Part shown: piece by piece, positions 27,001 through 39,914 of the stretch
How the letters are laid out: every line of letters begins with the position of its first letter
Numbering within the stretch: the first letter of the stretch is position 1
Assembly: GCF_006345805.1 (NCBI RefSeq)
Contig: NC_043002.1
Coordinates: 39,494,001 to 39,558,000, forward strand
DNA length: 64,000 nt
Direction of reading: 5' to 3'
Origin: Octopus sinensis
Taxonomy: Eukaryota
Position numbers and translations under genes: made by a program
The notes under the pieces: model-generated
What the model saw: only the letters and a program-made list of their open reading frames with translations
The model's database searches: none
Told to the model about the DNA's origin: nothing

Positions 27001-27807
27001 CGAGAATGGATGAAGATAGTTGTGTGAAAAAGTGCCACACCCTAGCAGTTGAGGGAACCCGTGGAAGAGGCAGACCCAGGAAAACCTGGGACGAGGTGGT
27101 GAAGCACGACCTTCGAACTTTAGGTCTCACTGAGGAAATGACTAGAGACCGAGACCTCTGGAAGTGTGCTGTGCGCGAGAAGACCCGGCAGGACAAGTGA
27201 GTCCACAACCCGTGGCCTTCTACATGGGATGGAGCCAGCCTACGTATACATACCTTCCCTTCTTGGGACACAAAACTCTACTTGTGAAGACGTGTTGAGG
27301 CAAGTGAGGATCAGAATCGAAATCGATCAATGGAAATTGCGGATGTGCTACCAGTGCCGGTGGCATGTCGAAACTCTGCTTGTGAAGACCCATTGAGGCA
27401 AGTGAGGATCAGAATCGAAATCGATCAATGGAATCGATCAATGGAATTGCAGATGTGTACCAGGCCGGTGGCATGTAAGAGAACTTTCCGTTTCGCGACC
27501 GTTGCCAGCACCGCCCCCGTTTCGTGTCCGTTGCCAGCCTCGCCTGGCCCTCGTGCCAGTGGCACATTAAAAGCACCATCCGTTCGTGGCCGTTTGCCAG
27601 CTCTGTCTGGCACCAGTGCGGGTGGCACGTAAAAAGCACCCACTACACTCACGGAGTGGTTGGCGTTAGGAAGGGCATCCAGCCGTAGAAACACTGCCAG
27701 ATTTGACTGGGCCTGATGAAGCCTTCTGGCTTCACAGACCCCAGTAGAACCGTCCAACCCATGCTAGCATGGAAAACGGACGCTAAATGATGATGATGAT
27801 GATGATG
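24075..27807 (+). mobile_element. near full-length RTE-clade LINE (APE endonuclease + RT with PHD-like finger), frameshifted
   Basis: APE motifs TLNVGTL, QEIRW, AGDFNGH, QIDYIL; RT motifs AFVDMEKAFNRV, GVHQGSVLSPLLF, YADD; ORF end at 27200; 3' UTR and (ATG)n tail to 27807. Confidence 0.95.
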
Positions 27808-27972
27808 AATACAAAATGGGACAAGAACACAAAACATCCAGACAACTAGGTGATACAAAATGGGACAACAAAACACCCAGATAGATGATACAAAAAAAAA
27901 ACAAAGACGGGTCATTTGAAGTTTTCTATCTTCAGTCAAGAACCAGATTATCCTCGCAATTTTGGCTGATTA
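27808..27972 (-). repeat. unclassified interspersed repeat, homologous to 49780-49935
   Basis: Reverse complement aligns over ~120 bp with 49813-49930. Confidence 0.7.
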
Positions 27973-28445
27973 TTTTATATATATATATAATGTGTATAAA
28001 TACAATGGGCTTTCACAGAGTGTATGTCCACCAAATTCACTCTCAAGGCTTTAGTCGACCTGGAGCTTTAGCAGAAGACACATGCCCAAGGTACCATGCA
28101 GTGGAACTGAAACTAAAAACCACATAAATGCAAAACTAGCTTCTTAACCACATAGCCATGCCTATACCTATAAACATAGTCACCCAGTCTCATATCTCCT
28201 TAGCTTTAGTATATATAATGCCTCATGTCTGCATATAAGCAATCAATAATAATATACAGTAAATTATTTTTGAGGTGTGTCACTTGTTTGCAATTATTAC
28301 ATAATTCTCTTTGCTATTATCTATAGCAAAAAGAAAAAAAAAATCTTGTGTTATTTCTGCTTCCATGAAGAAAGAAAGAAAGAAAGAAAAGCAGAAAGAA
28401 AAATTAACAACATGAAAAAATCTTCACATTAAAAAATAAGATACA

Positions 28446-28477
<32 letters not shown>

Positions 28478-28494
28478 CATACATATATATATCA

Positions 28495-31060
28495 TCATCA
28501 TCATTTAGCGTCCGTTTTCCATGCTAGCATGGGTTGGACGGTTCAACTGGGGTCTGGGGAGCCCGAAGGCTGCACCAGGCCAGTCAGATCTGGCAGTGTT
28601 TCTACAGCTGGATGCCCTTCCTAACGCCAACCACTCCGAGAGTGTAGCGGGTGATTTTATGTGCCACCGACACACAGTGCCAGACGAGGCTGGCGAACGG
28701 CCACGCTCGGATGGTGTTTTTATGTGCCACCGACACAGGTGCCAGACGAGGCTGGCAGACGGCCACGCTCGGATGGTGTTTTTATGTGCCACCGACACAG
28801 GTGCCAGATGAGGCTGGCGGACGGCCACGATCGGATGGTGTTTGTTACGTCCCCAAAGCACGGAGGCCAGTCTATGCGGTACTGGCTACGGCCACGTTCG
28901 GATGATTTCTTGTGTGCCACCGGCACTGGTACCACAAAGATACAAATTCCATTTATGTTCATCTATTTTGATTTGTTTTGATTTGATTTGATTTTCACTT
29001 GCCTCAACAGGTCTTCACAAGTGTCACAAGAAGGAAGGTATGCATAGGTGGACTGTCTACGTCGCCGGGTCTTCGGATGGTGTCTTTATGTGCCACCGAC
29101 ACAGGTGCCAGATGTGGCTGGCGAACGGCCACGATCGGATGGTTTTCTTGTGTGCCCCGGTACTGGAACCACAAAGATACAAATTCCATTGATGTTCATC
29201 TATTTTGATTTGGTTTGTTTCACTTGCCTCAGCAGGTCTTCACAAGTGTCACGCGTGTCACACACTTGCCTCAACAGGTCTCCACAAGTGTCACACACTT
29301 GCCTCTGCCTCAACAGGTCTTCACAAAGTGTCACACACTGCCTCTGCCTCAACAGTCTTCACAAGTGTCATAAGAGGGAAGGTAAGCACAGTGGACTGAC
29401 TACGTCGCCGGGTCTTTGGATGGTGGTGGTGTTTTTATGTGCCACCGACACAGGTGCCAGGTGAGGCTGGCGAACGGCCACGATCAGATGTGTTGTTGTG
29501 TGTGCCCACAGCATGGAGGCCAGTCGACGGCCACGTTCGGATGGTTTTCTTGTGTGCCACCGGTACTGGAACCACAAAGATACAAATTCCATTGATGTCA
29601 TCTATTTTGATTTGTTTGATTTTCACTTGCCTCAGCAGGTCTTCACAAGTGTCACGCGTGTCACACACTTGCCTCAACAGGTCTCCACAAGTGTCACACA
29701 CTTGCCTCTGCCTCAACAGGTCTTCACAAAGTGTCACACACTGCCTTGCCTCACAGGTCTTCACAAGTGTCATAAGAGGGAAGGTAAGCACAGTGGACTG
29801 ACTACGTCGCCGGGTCTTTGGATGGTGGTGGTGTTTTTATGTGCCACCGACACAGGTGCCAGGTGAGGCTGGCGAACGGCCACGATCAGATGGTGTTTGT
29901 TGTGCCCACAGCATGGAGGCCAGTCGACGGCCACGTTCGGATGGTGGTTTTCTTGTGTGCACCGGTACTGGAACCACAAAATACAAATTCCATTGATATT
30001 CATCTATTTTGATTTGGTTTGATTTTGGTTTTGATTTTCACTTGCCTCAACAGGTCTTCACAAGGGTCACACACTTGCCTCAACAGGTCTCCACAAGTGT
30101 CACACACTTGCCTCTGCCTCAACAGGTCTTCACAAGTGTCACACACTTGCCTCAACAGGTCTTCACAAGTGTCATAAGAGGGAAGGTATGCACAGGTGGA
30201 CTGACTACGTCGCCGGGTCTTCGGATGGAGGCCAGTCGATGCGGTACTGGTTACGGCCACGTTTGGGTGGTTTTCTTGTGTGCCACCGGCACTGGTACCA
30301 CAAAGAATACAATTCCACTGATGTTCATCTATTTTGATTTGTTTGATTTGATTTGATTTTCACTTGCCTCAACAGGTCTTCATAAGTGTCACAAGAAGGA
30401 AGGTATGCACAGGACTGACTACGTCCCCGGTCGGGGCCACGGGTTATGGCCTGACTAGTCTTGCCGGGTCTTCTCATGCACAGCATACTTCCATAGGTCT
30501 CGTCTCAGACATTTCCTTAGTGAGACCTAAAGTTCGAAGTCGTGCTTCACCACCTCGTCCCAGGTTTTCCTGGGTCTACCTTTCCACAGGTTCCCTCCAC
30601 TGCTAGGGTGTAGCACTTTTGCACACAACTATCTTCAGCCTTTCTTGTCATGACCATACCAGCGCAGCCGTCTCTCTTGCACGCACAACTGACGCTTCTT
30701 AGGTTCAACTTTTCTCTCAAGGAACTTACACTCTGACGATTATGAACACTGACATTACACATCCATCGGAGCATACTGGCTTCATTCTTGCGAGCTTACG
30801 CATATCTCAGCAGTCACGGCCCATGTTTCACTACCATGTAGCATGGCTGTACGTACACATGCATCATACAGTCTGCCTTTTACTCTGAGCGAGAGGCCTT
30901 TTGTCACCAGCAGGGGTAAGAGCTCTCTAAACTTTGCCCAGGCTATTCTTACTCTAGCAGTTACACTTTCAGCACACCCACCCCCGCTACTGACTTGGTC
31001 TCCTAGGTAGCGGAAGCTATCAACTACTTCTAGTTTGTCTCCCTGGAACGTGGCAGAAGT
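28495..31060 (-). mobile_element. 5'-truncated RTE LINE with a greatly expanded tandem-repeat 3' UTR
   Basis: RT C-terminus LEVVDSFRYLGDQV...MLHGSETW at 30550-31060; tandem array at 28660-30420; (ATG)n tail at 28495. Confidence 0.92.
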
Positions 31061-31169
31061 GGTCTCTGCATATGTCCAGTGTTTATTGCTCCTGAGATTT
31101 GCCACAGACAAAAACTATTTTCCTAGTTAGCCTTCCTTTGACATTGCTGCACCTCTTATGTGTCCATAG

Positions 31170-31199
31170 CTTACACTTGGTGCATCTTATATATACATA

Positions 31200-31233
<34 letters not shown>

Positions 31234-31505
31234 CATATATATATACATATATATATATACACATTTATATAATATATACATATATATATGTATGTATATA
31301 TGTATGTATGTATATATATATGTATATGTGTATATATATAATGTATAGTGTATATATATATATGTATATATATGTATATGTATATAGTGTAATAAATATG
31401 TATATATATACATATATATATACAGGTATCATCAGATCAGTCCACCACCTTGTTAGACCTTGAGTGACTATATTATATATATATATAATTATATATATAA
31501 TGTAT

Positions 31506-31547
<42 letters not shown>

Positions 31548-31623
31548 ATATATATATAATATATATATATATATATAGACATATATAGTACACCTACATA
31601 TACATACACACACACACACACAC

Positions 31624-31692
<69 letters not shown>

Positions 31693-31700
31693 ACACACTT
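31170..31700. repeat. long (TA)n-rich microsatellite array
   Basis: Direct inspection; similar arrays at 32500-32890, 35800-36160, 37100-37520, 53070-53490 and 55810-56000. Confidence 0.95.
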
Positions 31701-32500
31701 ATATGTATATTACAGACATAGAAAACTACTTTATCTGAAATAAACCCTTCATAGAAACTTTTATGTATATTCTCTCATGACCTAAAAGGTTATTGATCAG
31801 TTAAAAACCTAGTATACCTAACTTCTTACAAATATATTAAAAGTTTACAGATATTTGTTTTATTCATTCAGTCATTGCTTCTGTTTTTTTTTTGTTGTTA
31901 TTGTTCTTGTTTTTTTTTGGGTGGAGAGTACTGTGTGTGGAGGTGGGGTTGGATTGTTTTTTTTTATTTGTCCTTTAATTTGATTACTTTTTTTTTTGTT
32001 TTTAAACTCGTTTTACCTTGAATCAATCGATAAATGTTAACATTATCTTGTTAAATATTTTTCATTTTTTATCTTTATTTTTTTGTTTTTGTTTTTGATA
32101 CACAATTTCGTTACATTTTTACCCTTTGAAATATGATGTAATTCACAGAATCTTGTTATCGTCAATGCAAAGTGATCATATGTGTACCATTGCTGCTGCT
32201 GCTGCCACTGCTGCTGATGTTGATGATGACAAGAACAAGAGAAGGGAGAGGAGACTGATGAAAGGAATAAATGATGATGACAACATTGATGACAGCAGTG
32301 ATGGAGGTGGTGATAGTAGTAGATAATGCTGGTGGTGGTGGTTGTAATGGTGGTGGTGGTGGTGGTGGTAGTAGTGTTGGTGGTAGTAGTGGCAGTGGCA
32401 GTGGTGGTGGTGATGGCTTTTAATCTACCTAAGCAGAATATAGGTATCTTCAGATTAGTCCTCCACCTTGTTAGACCTTGAGTGACTAAATTAGAAAAAG

Positions 32501-32536
<36 letters not shown>

Positions 32537-32537
32537 C

Positions 32538-32591
<54 letters not shown>

Positions 32592-32594
32592 ATA

Positions 32595-32651
<57 letters not shown>

Positions 32652-32689
32652 CATACATATATATATATATATACATACATATATATATA

Positions 32690-32740
<51 letters not shown>

Positions 32741-32864
32741 TCATACATATACATACATACATATATATACATATATATACATACATATATAAATACATAC
32801 ATATACATACATACATATATATGCATACATACATATATATACATACATGCATGCATACATACAT

Positions 32865-32895
<31 letters not shown>

Positions 32896-33750
32896 AACAC
32901 ATATTGAAATAATCAGTAATGTGCACTGGAATATGAAAAGAAATCATGACAATGATTGATACTTACAAGTGCAGTTATCCATCCACCCTGACACCCACCC
33001 CATCCTTCCATCCATCCCTCCACCCCTCCATCCATCAATCCATCCACTCATCTGTTTGTTCCCCCATCCACCCATCAATCCATCAAGCTATCCATCCATT
33101 CACCTATCAAGTCATCCAGCCATTAGATAATGTTTTTTTTTTGTTTTACATTTATTCACAGTATTCAAGTGAGGGTGAGAAAGAGAAAATTGATGTAAAA
33201 ATGTAAAAATATAAAAGCTTTCAATGTATTTTTATTTTCACCTTTTTACAGAAAAAGATTTGTTGTTGTTGTTGTTGTTGTTGTTGTTTTATGTATGCTT
33301 TGGTTCTTTTGTTTGTTTTTTTGTTTTGCTTTGTTTAAACAAATATGGACATTTAGATATTGCAGAAAGTATTTTAACAGTTGGATGCCCTTCTCGCAGC
33401 TAACTAATTGATTGTGACAAGAGAATATTTGTTGACTACTAGAGTTTGGAATATACATAACATTTGCTGTTATTCTACATAATTATGGAGGCTGTTCTGA
33501 TACAGAGCATGAGGTGTTTTGGCATAGCTGCTTTGGCACTGACTATTTGACATCATTAATTCAACACTGATTTATTTGACATCAGGCATTTCAACCCATC
33601 AGACATAGAGAACATCTTGTTGGCTTGTAATTCTTCGATATTTTGCTTACTCTATTTATTCATGTGTAATGTGAGAAATTTAACCCTTTTAATACCAACT
33701 TGCTTATGACTACCCGTAGAGGTGCAGGTATGACTGTGTTTAAGAAGCTC

Positions 33751-34165
33751 GTGGCTGTGTGGCAAGTAGCTTGCTTACCAACCACATGGTTCCGGGTTCA
33801 GTCCCACTGCATGGCACCTTGGGCAAGTGTCTTCTACTATAGCTTTGGGCCAACCAAAGCCTTGTGAGTGAATTTGGTAGATGGAAGCTGAAAGAAGCCT
33901 GTCGTATATATGTATATATATGTATGTGAGTGTGTGTGTGTGTGTATATGTTTGTGTGTCTGTGTTTGTCCCCCCAACATCGCTTGACAACCAATGCTGG
34001 TGTATTTACGTCCCCGTAACTTTGCGGTTTGGCAAAAGAGACCGAGAGAATAAGTACTAGGCTTACAAAGAATAAGTCCTGGAGTCGATTTGCTCGACTA
34101 AAAGATGGTGCTTCAGCATGGCCACAGTCAAATGACTGAAACAAGTAAAAGAGTAAAAGAGTAAC
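33751..34165 (+). mobile_element. SINE S1 inserted into an older S1 head
   Basis: The empty-site version of this locus is at 18247-18540. Confidence 0.85.
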
Positions 34166-34829
34166 CATGTGGTTTCAGAAGTTCAGTTCATCCAATACCT
34201 TGTGAGTGAAACTGGCAAATTGAAACTGTGTGGAAGTCTGTCATATATACATGTGTGTGTGTGTCTGTGTGACTCTGTGTGTGTGCATGTGTGTGTGTGT
34301 TTGTATCCCACCACCACTCGACAACTGGTGTTGGTTTGTTTATGCCCTCATAACTTAGCAGTTTTGTAAAAGAGATCGACAAAAGAAGCATCAAAGTGAA
34401 AATAACTACTAGGATTGATTTGTTTGTATATACCCATCAAAGACATTTTAACCCTTTAGCATTTAAACCAGCAATACCCAACCAAAATATTCTATTTGTT
34501 TGATGTTCAAACTGGCCAAATCTGGTCTCTCACACCTACCCTACAATGTCATCTTTGCTCCTCATCTCTGCTTCACCCCCATCCTTTGCTAGACTACTAC
34601 TAAAGGCTCCTAAAGTTTCCAGTCATGTGGAAAAAAAAAGAACTGATTAAATTGCAAACGAGATGCAACATGCCCTGATTGTTATACTGCATGCTCTTAC
34701 AATCAGCCACTAGAAAGCAATGTGTGCTGTAGCATGGACTGATGCAACAAAATGACTTGTTTCTTAAAAGTCTATTGGGATTGGTTAACTTCATGACATT
34801 GTAGATCCTCTAATCCATCACTGCTGACT

Positions 34830-35295
34830 GGAGTAATTCAGCATCAATAATTACATCAACAACAACAGTTATCATAATCATTGCAAGCAACATCATCGTC
34901 ACCACTACCATCACAACCAATACAACCACCACCACTACCACCACCACCACCATCACCACCACCACCACTGCTGCTGCCACCGCCACCACCACCACCACCA
35001 TCACCATCACTATCATTATCAACATCATCAACATCATCTTCTTCATCACTGCCATCAACATCATCATCGCTATCATGTTTTGCGTCGTTATTGCTTTCAT
35101 GGTTGTTTTCATCTTTGCTGCCATCATCATCCTCATCATCAGCATCATTATCATCATCATTGTCATCTTCGTCATCTTCAGCATCACCACCATCAGTATC
35201 ATCATCATCTTTATCATGACTGTCAAGTTATCGTTGCCACTATCATCAACATTGTCATCGTCATTTTCGTCGCTATTATTATCATCGTCTCATCA
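34830..35295. repeat. degenerate (CAT/CAC)n trinucleotide tract
   Basis: Direct inspection; similar tracts at 32160-32415 and 55400-55560. Confidence 0.9.
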
Positions 35296-35530
35296 GTGTT
35301 GCATCTGTGACTGTTTGGCTGTCACAAAAATACCGAGAACAAGTAGCTTACAATGCACTTCTAAGGCATTGTAATCAAATCTACTAATATTTACAGCAGT
35401 ATCAATACTAACATGAACACCGCTACTGCGAGAAAAAAAGAGAAGAAAGCAAGAAAGGAAGACAGAAAAATTCCCCTTCCAGAATACACCCCCCTATATA
35501 CATATGGATGTATGTATATATATATATATA

Positions 35531-35565
<35 letters not shown>

Positions 35566-35808
35566 TATATATATATATATACATATATATGTTGCCCCCG
35601 GGGCCCAAACACAGAGGGGATAAATAAGGACAGACAAAGTGATTAAGTCGATTACATCTTCCTAGTGCATAACTGGTACTTATTTAATCGACCCTGAAAG
35701 GATGAAAGGCAAAGTCGACCTCAGCAGAATTTGAACTCAGACGAAATACCGCTATAAGCATTTTGCCCGTGGTGCTAACGATTCTGCCAGCTCGCTGCCC
35801 TAAATGCC

Positions 35809-35905
<97 letters not shown>

Positions 35906-35953
35906 TATATAGATATATATATATATATATATAATATATATCTATCTAATATC

Positions 35954-36030
<77 letters not shown>

Positions 36031-36121
36031 GTATATATGTTGTGTGTGTGTGTGTGTGTGTGCATGAAACTCTCAGACTTTGAGTCACTCTGTTACTTCT
36101 GCTAAATATTAATAAAAATAC

Positions 36122-36155
<34 letters not shown>

Positions 36156-36159
36156 TCTT

Positions 36160-36368
36160 CTATTCTTTTACTTGTTTCAGTCATTTTACTGTGATCATGC
36201 TGGAGCACTGCCTTGAAGGGTTTTAATCAAACAAATCAACCTCAGGTCTTATTTTGTCGGTCTCTTTTGCTGAACCACTAAGTTACAGGGACATAATCGC
36301 ACCAATACCAACTGTCAAGTGGCGATGGAGGAGTGTGTGTGTTAACAAAGACACATGTACACATAAAT

Positions 36369-36405
<37 letters not shown>

Positions 36406-36550
36406 CAATGGGCTTCTTTCAGTTTCCATCAAGCAAATCCATTCACAAGACTTTGGTCGGCCTGAAGCTATAGTAGAAGAGACTTGCCCAAGGTGCTACA
36501 CTGTAGGACTGAACCCAGAACCATGTGCTTGGGAAGCCAGCATCTTATCA
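36160..36550 (-). mobile_element. SINE S1
   Basis: Family homology. Confidence 0.8.
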
Positions 36551-37900
36551 CACACACATATATATGTGTGTGTATATATATATATATATATATACACACA
36601 CATGTGCACATGCATACACACACACACATATATTTATGAAGAGCTGCAATAACCTGGTTAGAATGAAAAACGCTTTATACTCAAACAAACAAACACATAC
36701 TCATACACATTCAAACACACAGGCACATGCACATGTGCACACACACACATACACACACACACACACAACACATACAGAGAAATACACAAGCAGACACTTA
36801 CACACAGGAATACAAAAACAAAAACAAAAACAATAGACAGTTGCACAGAAGAAAAAAAAATGAAAGATGAAAAAATAAAGAAAAAAATTGTCTGGTGGGA
36901 AATAACTTTCATTCATGAAATGTGTTAAAAATAAACAGACAAAAATATATACAGAAAGAAAAGTTTTTAGAAAATGACCCATTCATACATCATACATCAG
37001 TAATTTTAATGAAAATCATGAGTTGCCTAATGAGTCAGTCATGACTGCAACAACATATGAAATGTCAAATCTATCTCTTCAACCTGAAAACACGCATATG
37101 TATATATATAGTGTGTGTATATATATTTGTGTATATATATATATACAGACATGTACATGTATATTCATGCATATGTATGTATATGCAAATATGTATATAT
37201 TATATTATATACATACATATCCATACATATATATATATATATATATATTATATGCCTTATATATATACAGATGCATATATATATATATACACATATACAC
37301 ACATATATATATATATCTATCATATACATATATATATATATACATCTACTATATATATATATATATATGCTATATATATATTATAGTTATATATATATAT
37401 TATTAACATAACACGCATATAACATATAATATATATGCATACACACACGTGCACATATATATATATATATACACACACACATACACTATATATATATATA
37501 CATATATGTGTGTATGTGTGTGCATAAACATTTGGTTCTGCAACTACACAGCTATGTCAAGCTTTAATATGTGAAAAACAAATCTATTATATAAAATGAA
37601 ATGAGAAAATAAAGGAAAAATCAAAAATCATCAAAGAAAAATGATTGTTGTATTTTTTCTCTTCTTTTATTTTATCACTGCTTTGCATATAATTATCAAT
37701 GTTAGCTTGTAATGGAGAAATGAAAGGGAGAAATGATGGCTTTCGAAAATTTCGACATTTGCATGTTTTTTTACTGGTCTTGTACTCTATTCTTCTACAT
37801 TTTCCCTCCTTTTGCTCATTTCTTTCATTGAACTGTGGATGACCATGCTGGGGCATCACTTTTTAAGGGTTTCAGTTGACCACAGTATTTATTATTATTA

Positions 37901-37944
<44 letters not shown>

Positions 37945-38116
37945 GTTATTAGGTGTAGGAGTGGCTGTGTGGTAAGTAGCTTGTTTACGAACCACATGGT
38001 TCCGGGTTGAGTCCCACTGCATGGCACCTAGGGCAAGTGTCTTCTACTATAGCCTCAGGCCAACTATAGCCTTGTGAGTGGATTTGGTAGACGGAAACTG
38101 AAAGAAGCCCGTCGTA

Positions 38117-38149
<33 letters not shown>

Positions 38150-38223
38150 TTTATCGCACTTCGACTTTGTTTATATATATATATATATATTAATCAAAAT
38201 AAAAACATGATGCCAAGGATTCA

Positions 38224-38301
38224 GCGGTACATATGTTTCGGGCCTTTATTAGACGGATTTATAACAATGCATAATGTGTGTCTATGGCCTTCTTCAGCCG
38301 C
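38224..38301 (-). ncRNA. type I hammerhead ribozyme motif (left palindrome arm)
   Basis: Reverse complement: GCGG-CUGAAGA-AGGCC...GGCCC-GAAA-CAUAUG-UA-CCGC. Confidence 0.75.
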
Positions 38302-38402
38302 GTACAATTACTACTTCAAGGACATGTATTACATTATAAGTTTTACGTTGCATACAATTACTACTTATAATGTAATACATGTCCTTGAAGTAGTAATTGT
38401 AC

Positions 38403-38480
38403 GCGGCTGAAGAAGGCCATAGACACACATTATGCATTGTTATAAATCCGTCTAATAAAGGCCTGAAACATATGTACCGC
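38403..38480 (+). ncRNA. type I hammerhead ribozyme motif (right palindrome arm)
   Basis: Stem I GCGG/CCGC; core CUGAAGA 38407-38413; stem II AGGCC/GGCCU; GAAA 38465-38468; palindromic stem III ACAUAUGU; GUA cleavage triplet 38474-38476. Confidence 0.82.
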
Positions 38481-39309
38481 TGAATCCTTGGCATCATGTT
38501 TTTATTTTGATTAATATACTCTACCACCTACACCACTAAATGGTATATACAGGCACTTACAATTATCAAGTATTCACCCTGAATTTATATATATATATAT
38601 ATATATATACATATATGTGCATATGTATGTGTATCTGTTTGTATGTCTGTGTTTGTCCCCCCAACATCGCTTGACAACTGATGCTGGTGTGTTTATGTCC
38701 TCGTAACTTAGCGGTTTGGCAAAAGAGCTCGATAGAATAAGTACTAGGCTTATAAAGAATAAGTTCTGGGGTCGATTTGCTTGACTAAAAATGTGGTGCT
38801 CCAGCATGCCCACAGTCAAATGACTGAAACAAGTAATAGAGTAAAAGATTATTATTATTATAAGGTGTTGAGCTGATAGAATCATTAGCATGGCGATGAA
38901 ACACTTAGCAGTTTTTCGTTCTATGTTCAAATGTACTGAGGTCAACTTTGACTTTCATTCTTTTGGGGTTGATAAATTAAGTACCAGTGAAACACTGGGT
39001 CAATGTAATTGACTTATCCCATCCACCAAAAATTTCAGACCTTTTGCCTATAGTAGAAAGGATTCTTATCAATGTCATTATTATTATTGTTAGGGCAGCA
39101 AGCTGGCAGAATTGTTAGCATGCCAGTCAAAATGCATAGCAGTATTTTGTCTGCTGCTATGTTCTGAGTTCAAATTCTGCAGAGATCATTTTTTGCCTTT
39201 TATCCTTTCATGGTCAATAAATTAAGTACCAGTCAAGTACTGGGGTCAATGTAATCGACTATTACCCCTTCACACAAAATTGCTGCCTTTGTGGCAAAAT
39301 TTGAAACCG

Positions 39310-39862
39310 TTATCATTATTATTATTATTATTATTATTTTCCTTATCATCTTCTTTCAATTCTGTTTCCATTTCTTGCCAAGTGTCTTCCTGACACCTAG
39401 GGCAGAGGAACGCATTGTATACATTGGTAAGCCATTAAATAAACTGCAAAATTGTCCATTTAAAAAACCATGTGATAGGAGAAAAAGGGAATTGTAGATA
39501 TTAAGGTTTTAAAATTTACTGGAGATGATCTTTGTCTGTCCGAACAGAGTATTTTGGAATAAAGATGTTTACATTTCTTTATTCAGGGAGAAAGGAAAGA
39601 ATAGGTATTTACAGATGTTGTAGATATTAAATGTTTAAAGTTGATCATTTATGTGTTCGAAAACTGTAGGTATATAAATTTCTTAACTTATTATGAGGGA
39701 AATTCAAAATACTCACAGAAAACTGTAGCTATTCCAGTCTTTGGGAGTTATTTTTCAGTTGTCCTGCTGGGTTGTATTAATGTTTCTGTGTGTTTTCAGC
39801 TGCTGACTGGTCAGACCAGCAAAGAAACCATCCAGCAGCAGTAGCATTATATTCCTCAGGGA

Positions 39863-39914
<52 letters not shown>

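Larger units (their letters stand above)
37952..38840 (+). mobile_element. SINE S1 interrupted at its (TA)n by a ~440-bp insertion (38148-38586)
   Basis: Head at 37952-38120; tail resumes at ~38587. Confidence 0.85.

Noticed and set aside
27705-27745. CTGATGA followed by a GAAGCC/GGCTTC hairpin
   Set aside because: No GAAA or stem III follows; it is the RTE 3' UTR stem-loop.
28660-30420. Repeat-spacer-like appearance suggesting a CRISPR array
   Set aside because: Eukaryotic context, no unique spacers or cas genes; the units derive from the RTE 3' UTR.
31758-31809. Possible relic hammerhead on the minus strand (CTGATCA...GGTCATGAGA); similar weak cases at 59340-59385 and 53000-53070
   Set aside because: Needs several core substitutions; not supportable without a family consensus.
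33162-33174. 13-nt segment between a strong acceptor and a gtgaga donor
   Set aside because: Too short to evaluate and not frame-preserving.
34810-35374. His-, Ser/Pro- and Met/Val-rich ORFs (also 32043-32531 and 55380-55620)
   Set aside because: Degenerate trinucleotide tracts open in several frames on both strands.
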